NCBI RefSeq assembly: GCF_006345805.1
Contig: NC_042999.1
Location: forward strand, 71,486,001 to 71,550,000
From: Octopus sinensis
Taxonomy: Eukaryota
Direction: 5' to 3'
DNA: 64,000 nucleotides
Shown: positions 52,435 to 64,000 of the stretch, piece after piece
Layout of the letters: each line of letters starts with the position of its first letter
How positions within the stretch are numbered: position 1 is the first letter of the stretch
The notes under the pieces: model-generated
What the model saw: only the letters and a program-made list of their open reading frames with translations
What the model was told of the DNA's origin: nothing
Databases searched by the model: none
Translations under genes and position numbers: made by a program

Positions 52435-52989
52435 ATGTGTGTGTGTGTCTGTGTCTGTGCGTGTGTATTTGTGTGTGCGCGAGCGATAAAAATATATAAA
52501 AAAAAAGCACTCATTGACCGAGAAAGAGAGAGTGGAAGGAGAAACATTGATAGAGGATGAGAGTAGTGGATAGAACGTGTAAGAGAAGAGGAGAGAATCT
52601 GGGAATGAAACAGTGCAGATGTTAGTGAAAAGATTTACGGAATTTGTCAGTTTTTCTTCCTTTTTTTACAATTCAACATTTATTTCTGCTTTCTAATTTT
52701 CGAGTGCAAGCTAGAAGTGCCTGCTCCATCTATTATCACCAATTACCAAGACTGATATATTTTAGAAATTTCTGTCTCTCGCATTATGTGCTAAACTACA
52801 GACGTTTAGGAGCATGAACATTCATGCCAATTTCTGAAGATTCATGATTTTCCTTGGGAAAAGGTACAACTGTGGACTTCCGTTGCCTTCTCTTGGTTTA
52901 TTCACTGTTAACTTTCCCTGTCTCGTTTTCTCCCGAGCTTAATACAATTTGTATTTAATCCTCGGGTATAAAATCTGGTTCACATGTCA

Positions 52990-53166
52990 TCATATATTGT
53001 GTCCACACACTGGTAATCCTGAGTGACATATGTGTAAGGAACCGTTCCGTCTCTGACTTCTGCATACCTTAGCCACAAAACAATCTTCTGGTATTTGATC
53101 AATAGCAGGCACTGCAACTCCAGGAAAGAGCAAAATTTGGAGCAGTAGTGACTTAGAGCTTAACAT
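52990..53166 (-). CDS. Hypothetical 58-aa signal-peptide-bearing, 4-Cys ORF or first coding exon (unvalidated)
   Basis: Manual translation MLSSKSLLLQILLFPGVAVPAIDQIPEDCFVAKVCRSQRRNGSLHICHSGLPVCGHNI*. A possible donor AAG|GTATGC lies at 53068/53067. Confidence 0.2.
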   Translation of the reverse strand: MLSSKSLLLQILLFPGVAVPAIDQIPEDCFVAKVCRSQRRNGSLHICHSGLPVCGHNI

Positions 53167-54257
53167 TCATACTACTCAGCTGACGAACTTCCGAGCAGGA
53201 GCCTCACAACCAGATTAATTTTGATATCTTAAAAGGTTTAAGAAGTCAAAGGGGATCAGAAATACATTTGGCGAAAACAGCCACAGTATACGTGTTTGTA
53301 AATAAATTATCAATTAATGAGAGACTGAAGAGAAACTTGATTCTGATGCGGTTTGAGAATACAGCGCTGTTTACTTTATATATGTTAAAGAGTAAAGAAG
53401 TGACATTGTCCTTGATATAATACAGTCAGTTCCAACTTAGTGAGTTTGATTCAGCCGAAGCCCTCTCTAGAATGGCTGCAGTTCAGTAACCACAGGGAAA
53501 ATATGTGTGGTGAGAAAAGTTGGTTCTGGTCGAAATACACGTAATGAAATGAAATTTGTTAAAAGTATTCACCGATTAGGTGATGTGCGTATTGTCACGG
53601 TAAACATGTCAACTATGAGCAAGCAATGAAATTTTAGTGACTCATTTGTTCTCTTAAGCCTTGGCATTTCGAAAATTTATCTGCTATTTCTAGCAGGTCC
53701 AGTCGATCGCGTGGAAGCATGCTCGCTGGATCCAGTGTGTTAAACGAGGAGGCGGGTATTAGGTCTACGGTCCAAATGACGATAAAAACACGATATTAGG
53801 GTACTTTTTTGCCAAATCACTATTATTGATTTCCTACCAAGTTAAATGGATAATGTGTAAGATGTAATCGTTTATTTGATAAAATATATTTATATATACC
53901 ATTGATACGTTTTTGATTGAAAGGAAAAGTCAAATCCTGATATGTTTATTCTTAAATGACAAAGGAACGATATAAACTTATAGAAGACATTATGTCTGGT
54001 CCAGTATTGCTTTTCGTGTTGTTACAAGTATAATCTCTATAATGATGTACTTTTTTTCCTATCAGATAGAAATATACTGTATTTACGATGCAGGAAAGAG
54101 AGCAATTATCACATTCATATTTTTCTAAAAGATTGTTGCGGCGAATTTGTAGGGCTTAGGGTTTTGTATTGGAGACTTTCAGAATCGTTATGCATACTTA
54201 CATACATATACACATATGCGCGCGCACACACACACACACAACACACACACACACACA

Positions 54258-54321
<64 letters not shown>

Positions 54322-54428
54322 AATATTTTTTATCGAAATTGCTACTGAATTTATCTCATGACTCGAATTTCACGCTAAGATATGTGTGTGTGTGTGTATG
54401 TGTGTGTGTGTGTTCGTGTACATATATA

Positions 54429-54943
54429 TATATAAAATTTATAATCATATAGATAATTATATTAAAGGGTGCGGATTGACAACACCAATTCGCTAGAAAT
54501 AGATGCCAAATGGCTCTAAGGACCACCTCAATATTCCATTAGCACAGGTTGTAATCGGGCTGATGAAAAAATAAATAAGTCCTATAGATCAATTGTATAT
54601 CGACTTCAAACTTAGCGTTATAAAAACACCTTGTTATCTTCTGTACAATATGTCAAAGCATATACATACAAATATTTGTACATACCCATACGAACATCGT
54701 ATAAATATTTGTATGTATATGCTTTGACATATTGTACTAAAACAAGGTATTGACATAACACTAGATTAGAAATCGATATACAATTGATCTAAAGATCTTG
54801 TTTATTCATCTGCCCGATTGCAAGCTGTGCTAATGGAGTATTCAGGTGGTTTTTATAGCCATTTGTCATCTATTTCTAGCGTGTTAGTGTAGTCAAACTG
54901 CACCCTTTAATATGATTATCTGTATAATTATAAATTTAGTATA
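54429..54943. repeat. About 515-bp palindrome (fold-back element)
   Basis: Outer arms align end to end as reverse complements. The inner 35 bp (54643-54677 / 54703-54737) are perfectly complementary around a 25-nt loop. Confidence 0.92.
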
Positions 54944-55015
54944 AGATGTTAAATGTTATCTACAAGATTTTTCCTCCTTGCCACCTTATGAAATCATTAA
55001 AGTGATGTTATCCAT

Positions 55016-55125
<110 letters not shown>

Positions 55126-55248
55126 CGTGTCTGTGTCTGTGCATAAACAACATAATTGGTTATACAACTTCAAATCTTCCCATATATTCACACAAATACA
55201 TATTTACATACAGGGGTGTTTAGCACACAAAACCCGAAGGTATAAAAG

Positions 55249-55322
<74 letters not shown>

Positions 55323-55388
55323 AAACACGTGTGGAAACTTGTAAAAAACGTATGTATACAAAAATATATGAAGAAAATGTGAATGTAT

Positions 55389-55660
55389 TTAGCGACGCGA
55401 TTAAAAGTAATATAGTTAGACTATTAAATGTAAAGCGAATCCGGGAAAACATTCATCGTCAAGTCCAAAAATAAAAGGAATCCAGAATAATACAAGAATA
55501 AATCCACGTCTACGGCCGTTTCAATATGCGGATTTATTCTCGCACTATTCTGGATTCCTTTCTCTTTTGGACTTGACGATGGATGTTTTCCCGGATTTCC
55601 TTTACATTAGTCTAATTATATTACAATAGTCTAATTATATTACTTTTAGTCGCCTCGCTA
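55389..55660. mobile_element. MITE with about 120-bp TIRs and TA flanks
   Basis: TAGCGACGCGATTAAAAGTAATATA...GAATAAATCCAC mirrors GCGGATTTATTC...TATATTACTTTTAGTCGCCTCGCTA. Loop about 55508-55527. Confidence 0.85.
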
Positions 55661-55776
55661 TATATATATATTCATATTTTCTTCATATATTTTTATACTC
55701 ACACGCTTTTTTACGGATTTTCTATTTTTCTATTTTCTATTTTTTCTATTTTCTCTCCCTGTTTATTTCTGTGTTC

Positions 55777-55812
55777 CTTTCTGTCGAAGAGCGTAGGTTC
55801 GAAACGTAAAAG
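55777..55812 (+). ncRNA. Minimal hammerhead-like motif (variant core CUGUCGA) in family A repeat of about 55700-55880
   Basis: CUUU-CUGUCGA-A-GAGC-GUAG-GUUC-GAAA-C-GUA-AAAG. Stem I is CUUU/AAAG. Confidence 0.55.
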
Positions 55813-58749
55813 ACTTTCTCACTTCCCGAGCGTGAACTAATATATCTGTTTGTTGTTTACACACCCGTCTTTGTCTTTTGCTTTCTTGTGAATTCTGCAT
55901 CGACAACGGATTGCATTCCCAGAATACAGAATGATACCCTTTAGTGAGCATATTGAGAAATGCGCAAAGCAACTAGCAACTACTACCACAATGTTTAATC
56001 TTTCCATTTTATCAATGTGATATTGGAATACAAACACAAATTAGATTAAACATTCTTCATTGAAAACTTAACCATCCTAAAATTCTTATACAGAGAAACT
56101 CATCTCATTGAAAAAAGAAAAAAATAGACAATATACGGTGAAAGCTTATACTTCAATTTACAAATTATCACTCGCCACCGATTCCCAATTCACGCAGAAT
56201 TCGCACATACGCACATACACATATGTATGTATGTCATTATGCAGTGCATTTCAAGATTTCTTGCGAATAGAGAAAGAACCGGTCTCTAACCTAGATTCAA
56301 GGCTCCCTCATTGGAATTTCAACATCAACATCAAGGTATGTATGTATGTACGCATGTTCAGATTTGTATGTTTTATATATGTATTCTCAGAGTTACATAT
56401 CTAGACATGCTCATGTATATTTAAATTATAGACTTCTGGAAAGTTTTACAGACTTTTACAGTTCCAGTGATGGATTGAATCTGTAGTCTTCGAATTAGGT
56501 TTCTCCGTGTATGTATGTATGTATGTATTAATGTATGTATGTATGTATGTATGTATGTATGTATGTATGTATGTATGTATGTATGTATGTATGCATGCTT
56601 GTATGCTTATATGTATGTATTCATGTATTCATGCATTCATGCATATATAATGGACTAAAACCATCATAATTATAAACATTTTGCTGTTTCATAAAATCTA
56701 TTGTATGAACGACAGACTTTAAATATTTGATGTTGCCTATTCAAGAGTCACCATCTTTAACCAGACATATGAGCAAAAGTTTTGCAGTAATCTTGATCCT
56801 TTTTTTTAGATTTTTATAATCGTATGACATTCAATACAACCTTTCCTTCTTTCCTTATTTAAGACGGTAAAGTATAATACGAGTGAAATTGAACTACTAT
56901 TTCTATAATATCCATTGTGGACGTAAGTGCTTCTTTTGTCGGATCAATCTGAAAATATATTCTAATCAGGTAATCGATGTTGATTTTTTCCTGCAAAACT
57001 AGCTGAAGTTTTGATATCCGATTAAATTTTAATAATTCATTACTGGTCTTAAATGAGTCTAAAGCAATGGAATCAAAGTTCAGAAAGCAGGATTCGAAAT
57101 CAGAGACAAAACTTAGCAGCATGAAGTATTTATACTAGAATACCGTTCTAATCTATCATCTGACTTACCTGGCTAGGTGATCGATATGATATCTCTTCAT
57201 AGAAAAAAGATTTCTGTTTTCTGTGATTTATGGAAACTATAAATTTAGGTTATTGGTAAGAAAAATTTGATAGCTCTCCGCAGTTTAAATTCGGTTAATC
57301 TGGATCTTAAGAAAGCCTGTATCTTCTTGGAAATAATGTCTGGGAAGTATCGTCACAGTGCATCAGATAGAAAAAAAAACTGAATTGTAAAATGATCGTG
57401 ATCAGATACAATGACACCGTTAAAAACAGTTTTTATCTCTTTAGCTGTGGCATTCTATCCTAGATTTATTTTTCTTTTGACAAATATTACTTTACAAATG
57501 TGCATTCTCCAGCACTGTTATACATTTTATCCACATAATTTTGTTCCTTTCTTTTTCGCTCTGACCCACAAATATGTCCACACATCCCCGCCTCATTCTC
57601 TGACTTTTCCACCTTCTCATTCTCACACTTTAGCTGTCTGTGCGTCTATAACTTTACAACAAATGTCAAATATTTATAAAGTACATTTAATAGGATTGCA
57701 TACGAGTAGAGAAAAACAAAGAGACTTAATATATTGGGTTGAGAATAGAAGACGAAAAACGTACAAAAAAGGAAATAGGATCAACTGCAAAGTAGAGATT
57801 GAAAGACAGATGTTTAGAGTAGCAGATAGGAAAGTGTTCTAGATCGATAAGAAAATAAATATTGTTGTCTTGAAGGGTCGTGTGTCGTGATTGCTTTAAA
57901 TTCTGGGATTAGATGTAAGTTTAGCATAAAAATCGTTCGGAAGATTTTTGTATCTCGTAACAGATATCATATTCCATTAGTCTCTTTCTCAATATATTAT
58001 ATGGACTGAATCTTTGTATTTACACACGAGAAAAACAACACAAGATATATAGAGTGTATATTTTAATAGAAGCTATTCGTTATTAAATCGTAACTGTTAT
58101 CACGGTTCTCATTGCTAAGCTTATTGATACCCTTTAACTTGGTCTGTGCAGTTGTCATGATCAAGGCACTCAACTCTCAACGTGTTACATAATATAATTA
58201 TAAAAACGGTTTAAATAATGACAGCAATATATAATCAACTTGTTTTTATAACTTGTAGTGAAGTCATGCCTCCCTAAGGATTGATAATGATAGTTGTTTC
58301 AACGTGAATGTCCTTATAAAGTAATTTTAATATTAAATAGCTCTCTCTGACTATTCATTGATATATATTTTACTACTATTTATAAGAGTTTGAGCTTCAC
58401 TCTTTGTCGCCTTCTTTCTTACTTTCTTCTTTTCTTTCTTTCCTTCTTTCTTTCTGTTTTTCTTTCTTTCTTTTCCTTTCTTTTTTCTGTCTTTCTTATT
58501 TTCCCTTTTGACACAAGGTGTCCAGACTAAAGTTGATGATATTTTATGTACCCTTTTTCAGAGAGAGCTCGATTTATGGGTAAACAGTCAACAATGTTGA
58601 AGAGCATAAAGATTAAAGTTGTAGTTGAGTAACTGGAAGCCATCTTAAATAAAGATTTAGCTGCATCATGATGATTCGCGCTGGTATCAACTTGCCGACA
58701 TCATGATTGTTGTTCAGTGCTCTGTGAATACTGTAAAGGCTGTAAGACC

Positions 58750-59140
58750 TGACATAGACATCATGAAAACCAAGTTACCCCAAACTGTGACGGTCTTTTG
58801 TTCTGTCTCCGGGGGGGGGGGTGACGTTATGCTGCTCCATATCTTTGAAACCAACCCTCGGCTCAATTCAGACAGCTATGTGAAGCTGCTGGTGGTTGCG
58901 ATTAAACTCTAGTTAGACCTTAACTGAAGAGCGTTGTGGCTGAAAGGCCATATATGTGGTAGCAGGATTCGTTTCCTCGTCAAACCTTCGGAAATAGTCA
59001 GAAGTGATTGTCGAAAAATGTCTACGACATCACTAGTCCTGATTTCTGCACTCTTATTTCCCCAATTGCAGTACTATGTGTGGGGTGCTGTTGAGAAAGA
59101 CACCAACCATTTTGCTTGCAGCACCAAGGTCCTCTCAGAG
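58750..59140 (+). mobile_element. Tc1/mariner superfamily (maT-like) transposase remnant
   Basis: MKTKLPQTVTVF.SVS..GDVM..H.F...RLNSDSYV.LL, then RPY.W.QDS and YYVWGAVEKDTN, with stops and frameshifts. Confidence 0.8.
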
Positions 59141-59848
59141 ACAGACTGAGGAAAGCATGCGTCAGGTTGCAGCCGTCTTAAGTCCATGGTCACTCTTTTA
59201 TTTTATGCAAACTGTCAAATAGATCTGAACTACTTATGTGTGTGTACGTGAATGTAGGTACGTATATACATATATATATTTAGGAGAGTATTGTAGTTCG
59301 CTTGAAGCATTGTGTATTGTTTGTTAAAAATAAAAAGTTTTGAATGGTACAACAATGCACTATAATACAACAATGGGCACCATACTTGTAATTTAGTCAT
59401 CCAAGTGTCTGATAATATTTCAGAATAAAATTCCTTATTCAGATATTCTTAGACGGAGTCGCTGCTATAATAATTGGTTTTCCAACAGCTTTTCTTGGGG
59501 GGGGGGGCGTATCAGCAGTGGTCTCATGAAGCCCCTTCAGGAATACCTCATGAGAAGTGCGTGATTTCGGCCATGTCTCAATCTCGTGCGAGCTGGTACA
59601 TCCGTAGCACTGCTTCTAAGTTATGTATTATACGTGTAGTTTCCTTTTTTCCTTCTTGTTTCCTCTTATGTATATATAGAAATTCAAATTTCGATGAAAG
59701 GAAACAAAGTTTGCTTTAGAAGTGTTGAGGTGTATTAAAAGATAAGGAAATAATTTTATTCTAAAACGCAGGATAATGCTACTAATATTAGCATTAACAG
59801 GTTAAACTACCTATAGTTTGCAGAAAAAGGTATATATATATATATACA

Positions 59849-60316
59849 TATATGGCAAATGAAAGACAGCAGATGGAATATAAGAGAATTTATCATTAAT
59901 CACGACAATTGTTTCGACACATCTACCATCAATTTTTCATGGGTGGGGCACTCAACAACTGGTTCAGGAGCATCCGGTGGTGCAGATGTATCTCATTGGG
60001 TAACAAATAAATACAACTCGTTTCTCTTTTTGGCATTTGTGATTTTATTGTTTTATTTTTCATCTTCTGTATAATTGAAGATATTTTCCTCTGTCTGGCT
60101 GCATTTATTTCTACAATACGGAAAGTTACATTGCAAAACATTAATGAGGTGTATATATATATCACCCAGCGAGATACATCTGCACTGCCGGCTGCTCTTC
60201 AACCAGTTGTTGAGTGTCCCACCCATGAGTAATCGATGCTAGATGTGTCGAAACAATTGTCGTAATAAATAATAGATTCTCGTATATTCCAACTGCCGTC
60301 TTTCATTTGCCATATA
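59849..60316. repeat. Inverted pair of about 155-bp arms around a 160-bp spacer
   Basis: TATGGCAAATGAAAGAC...GCAGATGTATCTC (59851-60003) is the reverse complement of 60161-60316. Confidence 0.88.
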
Positions 60317-60395
60317 CCTAACAATCCCTGTCAATGCAAACGTGCTTTACCAGTAAGCTACCAGGTGTAAATCACCCGTTTTATTATCAATTATG

Positions 60396-60457
<62 letters not shown>

Positions 60458-60523
60458 GACCTCGTGATTACCGCTGGCGATTTTTTTCCTCTGTCTTTCC
60501 TTCTCGGGATCTTTCCTTCTCCT

Positions 60524-60562
60524 GTGTTTCCGACGAAGAGCTCCGCTCGAAACGTTAAGCAC
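60524..60562 (+). ncRNA. Minimal type-I hammerhead ribozyme-like motif, copy 1
   Basis: Stem I GUGUUU/AAGCAC, core CCGACGA, extra A, stem II GAGC-UCC-GCUC, GAAA, palindromic AACGUU stem III. Predicted cleavage after GUU at 60556. Confidence 0.65.
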
Positions 60563-60648
60563 TCCTTCTTTCCTGAGCGTCCAATAATACTTTATTTGTT
60601 CCACGTCCTCGCGTTGTTGTGTTTTTTTGTGTTTTCTTATTTGGATTA

Positions 60649-60683
<35 letters not shown>

Positions 60684-60749
60684 CCGCGTGTGTACCGTTG
60701 GCGATTTTTTTCCTCTGTCTTCCCTTCACTGGATCTTTCCTTCTCCTAT

Positions 60750-60784
60750 GTTTCCGACGAAGAGCTCCGCTCGAAACGTTAAAC
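60750..60784 (+). ncRNA. Minimal type-I hammerhead ribozyme-like motif, copy 2
   Basis: Stem I GUUU/AAAC with an identical core and stem II. Predicted cleavage after 60780. Confidence 0.6.
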
Positions 60785-62202
60785 CCTCCTTCTTTCCTTC
60801 TTTCCTGAGCGTCCAATAATACTATATTTGTTCCACGTCCTCGCGTTGTTGTGTTTTTTGTGCTTTCATGTTTGGATTAACTTTATACACATACATGTAT
60901 ATCCATATAGAAATGACAGCAAAATATGTATATATATATATATTGACAAATGACAGAGAATGAAATTAACGACATTCCTTAATTAAATCATTTTTATTGT
61001 TTTGACGCATTCATGAACATGTAGTTCATAAGTAAGATGCATACCTAGGCATGTGTTATTTAACGAAGTGCAATGGCGAGAGTATTTACCGAGGAACTTT
61101 TTTGAGCAATCACCTAAAGAGGCACATTCTACACCTGTGAATCATCGTACCTATGAACATCACGTGCGTGAATATGTCGAAACAATTGTAACGATTTTAA
61201 ATATTGAATGTCTTCAATCCCATTTTCTATTATTTGTTCTTTTTTAACTCGACGGGTTCCATGGAATTCTTGACGTATATTCAGTATTTATACTGTATGA
61301 TGACATCAGGGAGCTGATAACTGAGGATAAGCTTGGCACAACATTCTATGAGGGCCTGAATGTCACTTAATTAAATTATGCATAAATATCTATCTGCATG
61401 CATATATACATCCATATAGTGTGTATGTGTATGTGTGTGTGTGTGTGTATGTATAAGTAAAAGCGTAGCTACAGAAATAGATACATACACGTGTAAAGTC
61501 ATGTTAAAATGTTAACAAAGTTACATTCCTGTAACAGTTGTTTTTTTCCTCTTCTCTCTAACCACCATTGCTTTCTTGTAATCAAGTATTGGAAACATAC
61601 ATGCTTTTCATATCCATTCTGTCTTTAAATGCTCATGGGAACGAGAATTGACGAGCGAGAATTTGAGAACAGAAATAAGAAACTTATACTCGCTGTTCAC
61701 CAGCATCAATCATTTTGTTCATATCAAGTTTCACATTATTCTAATTCTGCCAGTGGCACAAACGAATTCACTAAAAGCAATTTCCTAACATTTGACTATC
61801 TTCTACATCTAAAAGCATGTTACGTTACTTTACTATATAATTTTAATTATTAAAAGCTGACATGGACATATGTCAATTTTAATCTTCAACACATATTTAA
61901 CATTTTATGGTGATGGAAAATATTCTATTATAATCAGCACAAAATATTTGATTAACTGCTTTTTGTTTCGTCATTTCGTATCCGATAACACTAAATATCA
62001 GTTTTGGGGATTACGAGTTATTGTTATACATAAGTATATTTGGAAAGAGAAAAACATGGATTTTTTAAATGTTCCTAGCTATCATATTTACTAAGGTTAC
62101 GAATTTGTATGAATGTATGTATGTATGTATGTATGTATGTATGTATGTATGTATGTATGTATGTTTGTATATTCGTGTGCATGAACGAATATACATATAT
62201 TC

Positions 62203-62276
<74 letters not shown>

Positions 62277-62292
62277 TTACTCCCTAATATTA

Positions 62293-62349
<57 letters not shown>

Positions 62350-63589
62350 TAGATAGATAGATAGATAGATAGAGACATCGGTGTGTATGTGTGTGTGCGT
62401 GTGTGTGTGTCCATATTACACTAAGTTCGCTTGAAATGGGACACTTTAGATCCTGTCTGCACAAAACTACGATGAATATTACCGATTTCTGCTTCATTTT
62501 ACTCAACAATTATACAAACATAAACATTTGCTTGTTTCGCTTTGTATGTTTGCCGTCATCGTTTAAGGATGTTTTCTATTTTCTTTTGCTGAATTTGCCA
62601 GTCGGCTGTGGCAAACACTGGGATTGCCAAAATTGAGGATAAGCATTATTTGATAACACAGTCAGGGATTCCAATTACAGTGCAACCAAATGCAACTGTT
62701 ATTATTAAAAGGATGACATTATAAAAAATTAATTAACTCCATAAGAATATTGATAATAGCAAACAGCAAAATGTGTTTTTGTGCATATTTTAGTCAAGAA
62801 AATATACAAAAGATTTCATTTCATCAGACAATTCTAGATTAGAATATAAACTATGAGCAAGTACTCCTGATGTAGATCCATGAAAATATATGGATTCATC
62901 TTTCGTTGTTACTCTACTGTTCTGATATTTCTTTCTCATAAATGTAAAACAGAAAAAAATTCATTGACAATTAATACATTAATACAAGAATAATTATTTA
63001 ATCTATGTTTACGCTTGCACTGAAAACGTCGGGGTCCAACATTTTGTAGGCCTGATTATACTGTATTTTATGTCGACAGTAAAAAAAATCTAGTATTATA
63101 GTAAATATGTCTCTCCTTTTCTTACATCGAAGGATGTGAGTAAAGAGTTGATTCGTGTACTATTTAAGCAGGTCAAAGAATTTCGCCATCATTCGATGTT
63201 TCGTTGTCTTTAGAGTCCCCTTTTTTTCATCTAGAGTATGAAGTTTCTGCTTAGAATTAACTTCTTGACAAGGAGAATCATAACTCCAAATAATTGTCAT
63301 TACATTTCGTTGTTTCTTAAGTCGACCTCTAGATGAAGTAAGGTCGAAAAGACAGTAGTTAATAAATTTAATGAAATTAATCCCTTATTTTCCAGCAGAT
63401 AAATACTCACGATCATCATGTTAATCTTCAATTTTCCAACTTTAATTATTGCATTTCACTAGTTAAATTAAAAACAAATAGTTAACTAAAATGAATAGAA
63501 GTATAAGTACCTACCAGCATCGCAGAAATACATGTGTGAACCGTATTGTGTTGTTTTAAGTTGTTTTCACATATACGAAACATTTATAC

Positions 63590-63685
63590 AGGTAGAAGGT
63601 TCACAAGTGAAGAGGAGCTAAATACCAGGAGCTGGTAAAGCAGTGCAGAAGTGTATAATGGCGAAAATGTTGCGGGTCAACTGAA
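63590..63685 (+). mobile_element. Possible mariner transposase C-terminal remnant
   Basis: GRRFTSEEEL...QELVKQ...NGENV loosely resembles GRRF.SDEEV...KLV.RW.KC...GDYVE. Very short. Confidence 0.35.
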
Positions 63686-64000
63686 GTAGGCTACATCTGT
63701 TTTGTAAGGCGTTCACTCAGCAAAGCTCTGGCTTTGGAGTTACTGATGCAACGAAGAGGCGGGCCACATATTCCACGACGAAAGCATTGGAGAAGGTCAC
63801 TAAATGGCTTTGGATATAGAGGGTAAAACAATCTGCTGCTACTGGGGTTTAATCATTACTAGGTGAATCAGCCGGCCAAGAGATTCTGATATTAAAAGAC
63901 CCAAAAAGCCTTATGATCCAGGAAACATCACTAACGATGCAGCCCAGAGCACGTACACATTTACGTGAACATCCATACACATACAAGCACACACTACGTA

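Larger units (their letters stand above)
60468..60885 (+). mobile_element. Head-to-tail dimer of PLE-terminal-like repeat family B
   Basis: Two about 190-bp homologous units separated by (TA)n, each containing a hammerhead-like motif. Confidence 0.85.

Noticed and set aside
57169-57220. Minus-strand micro-exon KSFFYEEISYRSPSQ ending CAG|GTAAGT
   Set aside because: A perfect donor, but too short and isolated to distinguish from chance without RNA data.
59859-60074. 71-aa ORF with a C-terminal hydrophobic tail
   Set aside because: Derived from the inverted-repeat arm plus a T-rich spacer.
62760-63070. Tc1-like remnant (LSDENEI; possible TIR ending ACTGTA)
   Set aside because: Too short and degenerate to call.

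Overview
AT-rich, microsatellite-saturated eukaryotic DNA, most likely a coleoid cephalopod (Octopus-like). That assignment is my inference from recognising the SINE and repeat families. I recognise no intact host protein-coding gene, rRNA, tRNA gene or CRISPR array, and most ORFs in the supplied track are translations of (TA)n/(CA)n/(TATG)n microsatellites. The window is intergenic or intronic and is dominated by decayed mobile elements: (1) two diverged copies of one CR1/L2-group LINE family (2.5-4.4 kb minus; 21.7-24.5 kb plus); (2) two clusters of R4/Dong-type restriction-like-endonuclease retrotransposon fragments (10.5-11.8 kb, 45.8-48.1 kb); (3) Penelope-like (PLE) RT and GIY-YIG remnants; (4) at least four tRNA-derived SINE families, some multimeric; (5) two Helitron-derived DINE/HINE-like elements; (6) a maT-like transposase remnant; (7) six fold-back/MITE palindromes. 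The most interesting signal is two families of short, microsatellite-embedded PLE-terminal repeats carrying minimal type-I hammerhead ribozyme folds with non-canonical cores (CCGACGA; CUGUYGA). One family forms a head-to-tail dimer whose predicted cleavage sites are 224 nt apart, i.e. a retrozyme/circRNA-like unit. Two small ORFs with signal-peptide-like N-termini are flagged at low confidence. Family labels 1-4 and A/B are my own working names. Coordinates of decayed elements are approximate.
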